Source of the DNA: Desulfobacterales bacterium
GTDB lineage: Bacteria > Desulfobacterota > Desulfobacteria > Desulfobacterales > JAFDDL01
DNA: 64,000 nucleotides
Reading direction: 5' to 3'
Assembly: GCA_034003325.1 (NCBI GenBank)
Contig: JAVEYW010000002.1
Span: forward strand, 315,662 to 379,661
This document shows positions 9,042 through 17,886 of this stretch, in pieces. Under the pieces are notes generated by a model that searched no databases, had not been told where the DNA came from, and saw only the letters and a program-made list of their open reading frames with translations. Position 1 is the first letter of the stretch, and the number at the start of each line of letters is the position of its first letter. Both the position numbers and the translations under genes were made by a program.

Positions 9042-9875
9042 TCACACGCCGGTCAAGCGGCAGTAATCATTATAGCATTGCTTTTCCTCATCACAGTATG
9101 CCTGCAGCCGAAGCATCAATTCATCGAAATCAACCGCATGCCCATCAAACTCCGGCCCGTCCACGCATGCAAATTTCATTTCGCCTCCCACGGATACCCG
9201 GCAGCCGCCGCACATGCCCGTACCATCCACCATGATGGGATTAAGGCTTACGATCGTTTTGACGCCGAACTCCTTGGTCATTTTGGAAACGAACTTCATC
9301 ATGGGAACCGGACCGATGGCCACCACCAGTTTCACGTCCTCCTTTTCAAGGACTTTTTTCAACACCTCTGTTACAAAGCCGTGGTGCCCGTATGATCCAT
9401 CATCGGTGCATATGTGCAATTCGGTAGAAGCCGCCCGCATGCGATCTTCCAGTATCAGCAAGTCCTTGGTGCGGGCACCGATGATGCCGATCACATGATT
9501 GCCGACCTGCTTTAATGCCCGGGTAATCGGATGCATGACTGCCACGCCGGTGCCGCCACCGACACAGACCACCGTTCCTACTTTTTCAAGGTGGGTGGCT
9601 TTGCCCAACGGACCGATCACGTCCTGATAGGCATCGCCTTCTTTTAGGTCTCTAAAAACACTGGTGCCTTTTCCTACCACCATATAAATAACGGTGATGG
9701 TGCCGTTTTCCGGATTTGTATCCGCCATGGTCAACGGAATTCGCTCGCCGGTTTCATGGGCTTTTAGAATGACGAACTGGCCGGGTTTGGCTTTTTTCGC
9801 AATTAAAGGTGCGGCGATTTCATTGAGAATCACCGTCCCGCCGGCCATTTCTTCCCGTTTTACGATTGTAAACAT
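9042..9875 (-). CDS. nfnA: sulfide/dihydroorotate-dehydrogenase-like FAD/NAD-binding subunit (NfnA/SudB type)
   Basis: The product is 277 aa with 'PGQFVILKAHETGERIPLT', 'VCVGGGTGVAV', and the C-terminal [2Fe-2S] pattern 'GTGMCGGCRV...ACVDGPEF'. Confidence 0.85.
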   Translation of the reverse strand: MFTIVKREEMAGGTVILNEIAAPLIAKKAKPGQFVILKAHETGERIPLTMADTNPENGTITVIYMVVGKGTSVFRDLKEGDAYQDVIGPLGKATHLEKVGTVVCVGGGTGVAVMHPITRALKQVGNHVIGIIGARTKDLLILEDRMRAASTELHICTDDGSYGHHGFVTEVLKKVLEKEDVKLVVAIGPVPMMKFVSKMTKEFGVKTIVSLNPIMVDGTGMCGGCRVSVGGEMKFACVDGPEFDGHAVDFDELMLRLQAYCDEEKQCYNDYCRLTGV

Positions 9876-10259
9876 AACATAGCCCCCTCATTAAATGTTC
9901 AAAGTAGAGCAATCCCGCTTGTGATAGCAAGCACACCGTTATCCGCGGCCACCGGCTGGCGCAATGCAGGTTTCATTCGGTTAAACACCAATGGCAAACA
10001 CATGCGGCCGACGATTGATAACTAACCGATAAAACAGATAATGACTCGCCTCGTGCCGCTATCAAACCTTTTTTCTTTAAGATGATAGTATTATATGTTC
10101 CGATATGCTAATTCAAGCGAAAAACCGCAACTTGCCCGCTTGGTTCCGGGTAAGAATCGTGATGCGGTGATTTCGGACGGATCACCCACAATTGTTTCCG
10201 CATACCGATTTACTGAAAATCACTTAAGTTAACTGCATCAAAAAGGAACGCCTTTTTTT

Positions 10260-11063
10260 ATGAAGATTTTTGACAGCCACTGCCATCTGGATGATCCCGT
10301 TTTTAAAAAGGACTTAGACGTGGTGATAGATCGATTTAGAGCCTCGGGCGGCACAGGCTTGATGATTGCCGGGGTGGACGAAAACACATGCCGACAGGCA
10401 ATCGCTCTGTGCGAAAAATTCGCCATTTGTTTTGCCGCCGTCGGTATTCATCCGCACCATGCGAGCCAATGCACGGAAAAAGCGCTTGCCTCGCTTCAAC
10501 GGCTCGCCAGCCATTCCAAAGTACGTGCATGGGGGGAAATCGGCCTTGATTTCAACCGCATGTATTCTTCGATTCCGGATCAGGAGACCGGGTTCATTCA
10601 GCAACTTAAGGCGGCCGCAGATTCTGCTCTGCCCGTCATTTTCCACGAAAGAGACACAAAGGGCCGCTTGCTGGCGCTTTTAAAACAACACGCTTCCCCC
10701 GATCTCAAGGGGGTCATTCACTGCTTCAGCGGCAATCGTGCGGAACTGGAAGCCTATCTGGAATTGGGTCTCTCCATTGGTGTAACCGGTATTGTCACCA
10801 TGGCAAAACGCGGCGCCGAGCTCAGAAAGCTGGTTCCGCTCATTCCGGCGACGCGCCTGCTGGCCGAAACCGATGCGCCCTGGTTAACACCGACGCCTGA
10901 GAGAAATCACCACCATCGCAACGAACCCGCCTTTGTGCGATCCGTGGTGCTTAAACTCGCTGAGGTACGAGGGGAAGCTCCCGAGGCCATGGCGAATACG
11001 CTTCATGAAAACGCCTGCCGGTTATTTAAAATTAAACTGACGGGAAAAACGGCTCAGGACTGA
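10260..11063 (+). CDS. tatD: TatD-family metal-dependent hydrolase
   Basis: Translation shows 'MKIFDSHCHLDD', 'GEIGLDF', 'IFHERD', 'GVIHCFSG' and 'ETDAPWLTP'. Confidence 0.9.
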   Translation: MKIFDSHCHLDDPVFKKDLDVVIDRFRASGGTGLMIAGVDENTCRQAIALCEKFAICFAAVGIHPHHASQCTEKALASLQRLASHSKVRAWGEIGLDFNRMYSSIPDQETGFIQQLKAAADSALPVIFHERDTKGRLLALLKQHASPDLKGVIHCFSGNRAELEAYLELGLSIGVTGIVTMAKRGAELRKLVPLIPATRLLAETDAPWLTPTPERNHHHRNEPAFVRSVVLKLAEVRGEAPEAMANTLHENACRLFKIKLTGKTAQD

Positions 11064-11172
11064 AGGGGGAAAAGGCCGCATTCCAGTCAGGCGGCCTCAG
11101 ACCGATTGGATACGTGTCGTTTCAGCGGGTTTACCCTTGAAAAACCCGCTTTATTTATATAAATTGCCTTTT

Positions 11173-11919
11173 ATGGGGCATATATTCACTTTCAATGATG
11201 TCAAGGTTTACAAAACATGGGCGGATTTTCCGGTCAATCAAGCGGCCCTTCAACGGGAAACCCGGCTGATGATGGGACTTCTCAAGCCTTTGCCGGGTAG
11301 ACGCTTGCTGGATATCGGTTGCGGCGCAGGCGGCAGTCTTCTCGGGTTAAGGGATTCGGGCCTGTCTCTAACCGGTATCGATCCATCCCCGTATATGCTG
11401 GATGCGGCGAAGGCCGTGCTGGGTAACCGCGTTGATCTGCATCGCGGCGTAGCGGAAGATCTTCCGTTTGAAGATAACGCCTTTCATTATGTCTTGATTG
11501 TAAAATCGCTTGAATTTGTTGATTATCCAAAAATGGCCATCGCAGAGGCATGCCGGGTGGCCAAGGACCGTGTGTTTATAGGTATCATGAGCCGGCACGC
11601 CATCAAAAAAACCCAACGACAATTGAAAAAGGCGCACGAAGAATCCTTTATGGACAAGGCGAACCCTGTCAGCCTTCGCGAGCTGAAAGAAACCGTGCAC
11701 GAAATACTGGGAAAAGTACCGGTCGCCTGGCGATCACTGTGCAACATTCCCATCGGCTCCGAAAATATCGCCCGATGCCTTGAAGAATCCTTTTGGTTGC
11801 ATCACTGCCCCTTCGGCAATTTTACCGGCATGGTCATCACGCCCACCCCCCGGTTTAGAACCCGTCCGTTAAGTGTTCCCTGCACTGCAAACCAGGGTCC
11901 CGAAAGTGCCATCATCTAG
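11173..11919 (+). CDS. class I SAM-dependent methyltransferase
   Basis: It has motif I 'LLDIGCGAGGSLLGL' and 'PFEDNAFHYVLIV'. An alternative TTG start lies at 11137. Confidence 0.75.
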   Translation: MGHIFTFNDVKVYKTWADFPVNQAALQRETRLMMGLLKPLPGRRLLDIGCGAGGSLLGLRDSGLSLTGIDPSPYMLDAAKAVLGNRVDLHRGVAEDLPFEDNAFHYVLIVKSLEFVDYPKMAIAEACRVAKDRVFIGIMSRHAIKKTQRQLKKAHEESFMDKANPVSLRELKETVHEILGKVPVAWRSLCNIPIGSENIARCLEESFWLHHCPFGNFTGMVITPTPRFRTRPLSVPCTANQGPESAII

Positions 11920-11958
11920 CACCGACGCGGTCCGTTTCAAAAAAGAGGAGAATCGGGT

Positions 11959-12326
11959 ATAGAAGCCTACCTTTATGAGCGCCGCATAGAGGCCTCGCGT
12001 GTTAAATGCAATCTCTGCTCATCACCGCTGCCGAATAAAACCCGGACAAAGGGGCCTCTGCGGGGTCGAGAAAATCGCGACGGCATTCTGACGGGTCTGT
12101 GAAACGGGCTCGAAAAATCGGGCTTGAAGCGGGACTTAAATATGTCTATATGGGAAACGCGCCCACAGAGGGCGGAGACAACACGGCCTGCCCCGCGTGC
12201 GGCAAAAACCTGATCGACCGGGTCGGCTTTGTGGTTCGAAAGAATCGAATTCAAAACGGCAAATGCCCGGCGTGCGGATTTGTGATTTCAGGGCTCGATA
12301 TGAGCGGCGCCGAAGGAGAAAAATGA
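11959..12326 (+). pseudogene. decayed radical-SAM gene (AmmeMemoRadiSam AmrS / PflA-activase-like): N-terminal ~35 codons with frameshifts fused to the last ~75 codons
   Basis: Positions 11962-12098 read 'EAYLYERRIEASRVKCNLC'. The expected 'HHRCRIKPGQRGLCGV' appears only in the +1 frame, then 'RENRDGILTGL*' back in the first frame. Positions 12099-12326 read 'KRARKIGLEAGLKYVYMGN...CPACGKNLIDR...GKCPACG', the usual C-terminus. The CxxxCxxC radical-SAM core is absent. Confidence 0.6.
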
Positions 12327-13225
12327 AGTCCGGTACAGAGATCAATAGCTTACATTCATGTGAAACTGCGTGGACACGGGTGCTTACCTACGGTCGAATG
12401 ATCAAGTTTTCACACACCGTCTTTGCCCTTCCCTTTGCGCTCTGCGCCGTGGTCCTGGCGCAACGAACGCACCCGCTCACCCTTTGGCAGATGCTTTGGC
12501 TTCTGGGCGCCATGGTCGGCGCGCGCTCAGCCGCTATGGGATTTAACCGCATCGCCGATGCCCATTTGGATGCCAAAAACCCGAGAACCGCCGCCAGAGA
12601 AATCCCTTCCGGCCGCCTGACCCGACATGCCGCGATGGGGTTTGTGATGCTGTCTTCGGGGCTTTTTATTTTATCCGCAGCCATGCTCGGCCCTCTGTGT
12701 TTTTATCTTTCGGTTCCGATTTTATTGTTGATGTTCTTATATTCCTATGCCAAGCGATTCACCTTTTTGTGCCATCTCTACTTAGGCGCGGTTATCGCGC
12801 TGGCGCCGCTGGGTGCCTGGATCGCCCTTACCGGCGCGTTTTCCCCCGCCATCACGCTTCTCTCGGTGGCCTTGATGGCCTATATTGCCGGATTTGATAT
12901 TTTATACGCCTGTCAGGACGTAGATTTCGATCGACAGACGGGTCTCCATTCCATTCCGGCCCGGTTCAACGTGCCAAGCGCGCTTGCCATTGCCGGATGC
13001 CTGCATGTGGTTTCATTTGTGTTTTTCCTTTTCGTTTATTTCGCGTTTGACATGGGAGGCGTTTATCTCGGGGCCGTTGGCATCATCGGCGGGTTGATGA
13101 TCGCGGAGCATCGAATGGTGAAACCCCATGATCTTAGCCGGGTCAACATCGCCTTTTTCCATATGAACGCCGTGATTTCCGTTACCCTGTTTATCGGGGT
13201 GTTGCTGGATGAGCTCATTAAATAA
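12323..13225 (+). CDS. UbiA-family aromatic prenyltransferase (UbiA/MqnP-like)
   Basis: It is a multi-TM protein with 'NRIADAHLDAKNPRTAAREIPSG' and a second Asp-rich motif, 'YACQDVDFDRQTG'. It sits next to a UbiD-family gene. Confidence 0.85.
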   Translation: MKSGTEINSLHSCETAWTRVLTYGRMIKFSHTVFALPFALCAVVLAQRTHPLTLWQMLWLLGAMVGARSAAMGFNRIADAHLDAKNPRTAAREIPSGRLTRHAAMGFVMLSSGLFILSAAMLGPLCFYLSVPILLLMFLYSYAKRFTFLCHLYLGAVIALAPLGAWIALTGAFSPAITLLSVALMAYIAGFDILYACQDVDFDRQTGLHSIPARFNVPSALAIAGCLHVVSFVFFLFVYFAFDMGGVYLGAVGIIGGLMIAEHRMVKPHDLSRVNIAFFHMNAVISVTLFIGVLLDELIK

Positions 13226-13276
13226 CTGCCGCGTCGCCGCCTTTTTTTAAATCTTTGATAGGGAGACATACGCCTC

Positions 13277-15067
13277 TTGTATAAAAACTTAAGGGAATTT
13301 CTCAACCGGCTTGAACGTGCCGGCGAGCTGAAGCACATTCGACAGGTGGTCTCTTCATATCTTGAGATCAGCAAATTGACGGACCGGGAATCCAAAAGCC
13401 CGCATGGCGGCGCGGCCCTATTATTTGAAAATGTTCAAAACTCGGCCTTTCCGGTTGCTACGAACATCTTCGGCAGTCCCAAACGCATTTGCATGGCCTT
13501 GGGGGTCGAGCATCTGGATGACCTTGCGGAACGGGTTCGCGCCTATATTAACATGAATCCGCCAAAGACCCTTAAAGCGGCGCTGGGCATGCTGCCCCTG
13601 GCGATTGGTTTGACCCGGTTTTTCCCCCGCACCTTTAAAGGAAAAACCCCGCCGTGCCGGGAAGTGGTCTTAACCGGCGAGCAGATTGATTTGTCCAAAT
13701 TGCCCGTGCTTCACTGCTGGCCAAAAGATGCCGGTCCCTTTATCACCCTGCCTCTGGTGTTTACCCGCAGCCTGGAAACCGGCCGGCAGAACCTGGGCAT
13801 GTACCGCATGCAGGTGTTCGACAAAACCACCACCGGCATGCACTGGCACATTCACAAGGACGGCTCTCATTATTTCAACGAATATCGGCGCGCCGGAAAA
13901 AGAATGCCCGTATCTGTCGCCATTGGCGCGGACCCCGCGACCATATACGCAGCCACGGCACCCATGCCCAGAGGCATTGATGAAATCCTGCTGGCCGGCT
14001 TTATTCGTCAAAAGCCGGTGATCATGACCCGATGCCTCACCAACGACCTTAACGTGCCGGCGGAAGCTGAATTTATACTGGAAGGGTATGTGGATCCGAA
14101 CGAATTGCGATGGGAGGGTCCTTTCGGCGATCATACCGGCTATTATTCTCTGGCGGATCATTACCCCGTGTTTCATGTCACGGCGATCACCCATCGCAAC
14201 AATCCGATCTACAATGCCACGCTGGTGGGCCGCCCGCCCATGGAAGACTGCTATCTGGCGGAAGCCACCGAACGGTTGTGCCTGCCGCTGCTTCAAACCG
14301 TCATGCCGGAGGTCGAAGACTATTGGCTTCCCTGGGAAGGGGTCTTTCATAACAGTGTGGTAGTATCTCTCGACAAGGAATATGCCGGCCATGCGCATAA
14401 ACTGGTCAGCGGACTTTGGGGCCAGGGGCAGATGAGTTTCTGTAAAACCATTACCGTCGTGGATCGGGATGTATCCCCGCGGGATCGCAGCACGTTGATC
14501 GATCTCTTGCTGACCCGGCTGGATCTGTCATCGGATATCATTCAAACCAAGGGCGTGCTGGACGTACTGGATCATAGCGCATCCGCGGCCAATTTCGGCG
14601 CCAAAATCGGCATTGACCTCACGACACGCTTTCCGGGAGAGCCCGATCGGCACCCCCTTCCCCTGCCGGCCCCGCCGCAACCCCCCTTGAATGCTTCGGC
14701 CGTTCAGCGGTTGGTTGCGGAGGTGCGAAATTGCCGTTTTCTTTTTTCAGAGAAACCCGAGACGAACCGGACCGTTAATCGCCTGTTGGCCCTGTCGGTG
14801 GAAAAAGGCGAAACCCAAAGCGGCCGGGAGATCAGCGATAAATTGGCCACGACGCAAGCGCTTACCCCTTTCAATGTGCTAATCTTTTTCGACGCGGATA
14901 TCGACCTTTCGGACGGCAGTCTGATGCTATGGAAGATTTTCAACAACGTGGATCCGAGCCGGGATATGGTGTTTTACGATAGCCGCGTCATCATCAATGC
15001 GTGTAAAAAGGGACCGGCCGACGGTCATGTGCGCCCGTGGCCGGAGGATCTCACCTTTGATGAATAA
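13277..15067 (+). CDS. UbiD-family (prFMN-dependent) decarboxylase, menaquinone/ubiquinone-biosynthesis type
   Basis: The product is 596 aa with 'LREFLNRLERAGELKHI', 'NLGMYRMQV' and 'WHIHKDG...', and a long C-terminal extension. The start is a TTG. Confidence 0.85.
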   Translation: MYKNLREFLNRLERAGELKHIRQVVSSYLEISKLTDRESKSPHGGAALLFENVQNSAFPVATNIFGSPKRICMALGVEHLDDLAERVRAYINMNPPKTLKAALGMLPLAIGLTRFFPRTFKGKTPPCREVVLTGEQIDLSKLPVLHCWPKDAGPFITLPLVFTRSLETGRQNLGMYRMQVFDKTTTGMHWHIHKDGSHYFNEYRRAGKRMPVSVAIGADPATIYAATAPMPRGIDEILLAGFIRQKPVIMTRCLTNDLNVPAEAEFILEGYVDPNELRWEGPFGDHTGYYSLADHYPVFHVTAITHRNNPIYNATLVGRPPMEDCYLAEATERLCLPLLQTVMPEVEDYWLPWEGVFHNSVVVSLDKEYAGHAHKLVSGLWGQGQMSFCKTITVVDRDVSPRDRSTLIDLLLTRLDLSSDIIQTKGVLDVLDHSASAANFGAKIGIDLTTRFPGEPDRHPLPLPAPPQPPLNASAVQRLVAEVRNCRFLFSEKPETNRTVNRLLALSVEKGETQSGREISDKLATTQALTPFNVLIFFDADIDLSDGSLMLWKIFNNVDPSRDMVFYDSRVIINACKKGPADGHVRPWPEDLTFDE

Positions 15068-15304
15068 TTAACCGATCGGTTTTGCCACGCATCGCCGCTC
15101 GACATAGCCGCCGGTCTGGGAGTCCAATACGGCTTCGTTTTCATGAATAAATTTGGGGCCGCCTTCCCAGGTTCCGCAGGCCACCACCGCCGTTTCACCC
15201 AATTCGAATTTTCGGCCGCAGGCAGCGCAGCCTTCCGAATTGAGTTCGTTTAGTTTCGCCAGGTCTATGATGACTTTATACTTGCTTTGGAGTGTTGATT
15301 TCAT
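15068..15304 (-). CDS. small Cys-containing hypothetical protein (78 aa)
   Basis: A clean ORF with an RBS (aaaggaggataag) before the ATG. It contains 'CAACGRKF...ACGTWEGGPKF...RRC'. I recognise no family. Confidence 0.5.
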   Translation of the reverse strand: MKSTLQSKYKVIIDLAKLNELNSEGCAACGRKFELGETAVVACGTWEGGPKFIHENEAVLDSQTGGYVERRCVAKPIG

Positions 15305-15520
15305 CTTCTTATCCTCCTTTTGGTTGAAGGACCTTTGCCATGAAGGGGAACCGGAGCTACCTATTACCCTTAACTTTCAGTCTTAATGCAAGATTGTCAA
15401 GCAGGGGGCTGCAAACCCGCACGGGCTGGGTAACTGCCTGCGAAGAGAACCGCGATTGCCTCAAAAGGTGAAGGTTTCGAGGGTTGTATCCCCTGCTCAA
15501 ATCAGATATGGTGTTCGCGT

Positions 15521-16147
15521 ATGGACACACAATCCAAGCTAAAGCGTTTAAAGACCTTATTATATGTTATCCTTGCCATTTGTGCGTTTCCAATCGGCTG
15601 GGCGGCCTTTCTTATGGGCAGCGTTGCGTTGTATTCGTATCGGGTGTCCGACATCAACGCCGATGCAGCGATCGTTCTCGGCGCTGCGGTGGCCAGATCA
15701 GTGCCAACGCCGGTATTCGAGCAGCGCATTCGCCATGCAATCAACCTCTATCATGACAAAAAAGTAAAAAAACTGGTACTGACGGGAGGCGTCGGGTCGG
15801 GCGACACGCTTGCTGAATCGGAAGCGGCGCGGAATTACTGCCTGAAACAAGGGGTTCCGGAAAACGACATGCTGCTGGAGGTCCGGTCCCATTCGACCCT
15901 TCAGAACCTGCTGGAAGCAAAGCCGATTCTTCAGGCCAACGGCCTTGAGACGGTTCTGATCGTCAGTGACCCGCTGCACATGCGGCGGGCGATCACCTTT
16001 GCCCACGACCTTGGGATTGAAGCCTATCCGTCACCGACACCGACAAGCCGATTCAAGGGCTTTGAAAGCAGATGGCGGTTCTTGACGCGGGAAAGCTATT
16101 TTTACGGCCGCTATCTGCTTCTTGACCGGAAAAACCCCCTTAAATGA
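15521..16147 (+). CDS. DUF218 / YdcF(ElyC-SanA)-family membrane-anchored protein
   Basis: An N-terminal TM segment is followed by 'VLGAAV', 'KLVLTGGVG...ESEAARNYCLKQGVP' and 'VLIVSDPLHMRRA'. Confidence 0.8.
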   Translation: MDTQSKLKRLKTLLYVILAICAFPIGWAAFLMGSVALYSYRVSDINADAAIVLGAAVARSVPTPVFEQRIRHAINLYHDKKVKKLVLTGGVGSGDTLAESEAARNYCLKQGVPENDMLLEVRSHSTLQNLLEAKPILQANGLETVLIVSDPLHMRRAITFAHDLGIEAYPSPTPTSRFKGFESRWRFLTRESYFYGRYLLLDRKNPLK

Positions 16148-16310
16148 TTGTTGCCTGTGTTAAACCTCAAAAACCAGTGCAATTGGTCTTGATCTATCCT
16201 TTCAGTTCCATTAATAGTTCAAAATTCTATGATTCATCTTTTAAATTTCGTTACCCGTTTCAATATGAAACCTAATACGTGATCTGATTAAACAAAGGAG
16301 AGAGAATAAC

Positions 16311-16634
16311 ATGGCAGATTTTTACATTAATGTGTTTCTGGATGATGAAAAACTCGGAAAAATAACTGCTGCCGGCCTTGCGGATAAGGTGGTTGAAATT
16401 GACGGGAAAAAAGCGGTAACGGTCGAAATGAACGCCAAGGAACAGAAAAAACTGGTTAAAGGCTTTACAGATCTTGCATTCGACGCGAACAATGCTTGTG
16501 TACTTCCGGCTGAGGCCAGTGATAAGCTGCTTGACATCATTGCTGATACCAAAACATTGGACGTGATGAAATTCGCCATTATGAAGCTTTACAATCCGCT
16601 TGCCGGAAAGGCGCCGCGCTCAGCCTTACGATAA
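16311..16634 (+). CDS. hypothetical protein (107 aa)
   Basis: An ORF with a good RBS (aaaggagagagaataacATG). I recognise no motif. Confidence 0.5.
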   Translation: MADFYINVFLDDEKLGKITAAGLADKVVEIDGKKAVTVEMNAKEQKKLVKGFTDLAFDANNACVLPAEASDKLLDIIADTKTLDVMKFAIMKLYNPLAGKAPRSALR

Positions 16635-16650
16635 AAAACACCGCTGTGAC

Positions 16651-16679
16651 GGCACAGCCGGATCAAATTCGGCTGTGCC
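16651..16679. terminator. hairpin between convergent genes (bidirectional terminator candidate)
   Basis: A perfect 10-bp stem, GGCACAGCCG (16651-16660) pairing with CGGCTGTGCC (16670-16679), with a 9-nt loop. Confidence 0.5.
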
Positions 16680-16683
16680 CGCG

Positions 16684-17886
16684 CTACCCTTTTGACATTG
16701 CAAAACGATTCAGCAGTCGGCCAACACCTTGAGAAAAATTCGCGGGTTCCGGCAACAGGCTCAGCACCACCATCCCGTCCCGAGAAAAATCATAAAAAAA
16801 CCCGGGATGAATCAGCGTATCCTCCTTTTCGAGCATCAACAGGGCGCGGGCGTCATCCAATACGCCGTCACGAATCTCCATAATGCCATACCATCCGCCC
16901 TCCCGTATCAGCATTCGGCAGTTTCGAGTTTGATCGGTTTGGTTTTTCAGAAACCGGCTGTTTTCGATGATTCGGGCATTGATCTGTTGTTGAATCGCGA
17001 ATCGGCCCGCCAGTAGCCGCTTTAACCCGTGTTGAACCGGCGTGGACACGGAGAGGTAAAAATCAAGCAGTGCCTCCAGGCGGTCGATGGCAAGATTTGC
17101 CAAATGTGGATCGCCGCCGACAATGATCCAGGCCAGCTTCATCTGCGGCAGGCCCAGTGTCTTTGAAATGCCGTTGAGCACAAAGGTGAGCGCGTTGGTT
17201 TTGGTTACCACCGTTTTTTCTCTGCCGGGCACCGAAACCGCCTCAAAATCCGAGAACACTTCATCCACGATCAGAGCCATATTGTGCCGGCGACAAAGGG
17301 AATCGATTTGCGCCAGTTCATCTGTTTTTATGTAGGAACCGGTCGGGTTGTTGGGATTGACAATGATAATGGCGCGGCTTTGGGGCGTGATGAGTGCGCT
17401 GAGAACCTCGACATCGATTGACCACCCGCTGTCATCCGCATAGCGAAGCGGATAGGAATGGCAGTAGAGCCCCTCAAATCTGGCCAGATAAGACAACAGG
17501 GGGTATCCCGGTGCGGGGACGAGAATCTCATCGCCGGGATTTGAAAGAAGCTTAAACAAAAATCCGTATGCTTCGCTGGTGCCGGCCGTCAACAGGACGG
17601 CATCCGGGTCGATGCGTTGTCCCAAGGGTTTATAATATTCCGTCACGGCCTGCCGGGCGCAGGGCGTTCCTCGCGGATCGGAATCATAGCGCAAGGATTC
17701 GGGACGGGATAGGGCGGACAAAATGGCATCCGCCTCAAAGTGAAATCCCACCCGTGTGGGGTTGGATTCGGTCAGATCCATTATCGGTTTGCCGCTGGCG
17801 CGTTTTTCCGCAAGCAGCTTGCCAAAGAGGGTGGGGGAATCCTCCCAGTTGAATCGTTCTGAAAACATTCGCCGCGCTACTTGCAT
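16684..17886 (-). CDS. PLP-dependent aminotransferase, class I/II
   Basis: Translation shows 'LTAGTSEAYGFLFKLLSNPGDEILVPAPGYP', 'NPNNPTGSY' and 'SKTLGLPQMKLAW' (PLP lysine region). The start overlaps the stop of the RND gene (TGATG). Confidence 0.85.
   Translation of the reverse strand: MQVARRMFSERFNWEDSPTLFGKLLAEKRASGKPIMDLTESNPTRVGFHFEADAILSALSRPESLRYDSDPRGTPCARQAVTEYYKPLGQRIDPDAVLLTAGTSEAYGFLFKLLSNPGDEILVPAPGYPLLSYLARFEGLYCHSYPLRYADDSGWSIDVEVLSALITPQSRAIIIVNPNNPTGSYIKTDELAQIDSLCRRHNMALIVDEVFSDFEAVSVPGREKTVVTKTNALTFVLNGISKTLGLPQMKLAWIIVGGDPHLANLAIDRLEALLDFYLSVSTPVQHGLKRLLAGRFAIQQQINARIIENSRFLKNQTDQTRNCRMLIREGGWYGIMEIRDGVLDDARALLMLEKEDTLIHPGFFYDFSRDGMVVLSLLPEPANFSQGVGRLLNRFAMSKG

Noticed and set aside
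12099-12326. The 75-aa ORF as an independent small Cys-rich protein.
   Set aside because: Its sequence is the normal C-terminus of AmrS/activase-type radical-SAM enzymes, and the matching N-terminal fragment lies just upstream. It is better explained as part of a pseudogene.
13670-14398. A 242-aa ORF antisense to the UbiD-family gene. The same reasoning applies to 43711-44394 and 47442-48203, antisense to pglZ and brxL.
   Set aside because: The sense strands carry clear family signatures. The antisense products have no recognisable features.
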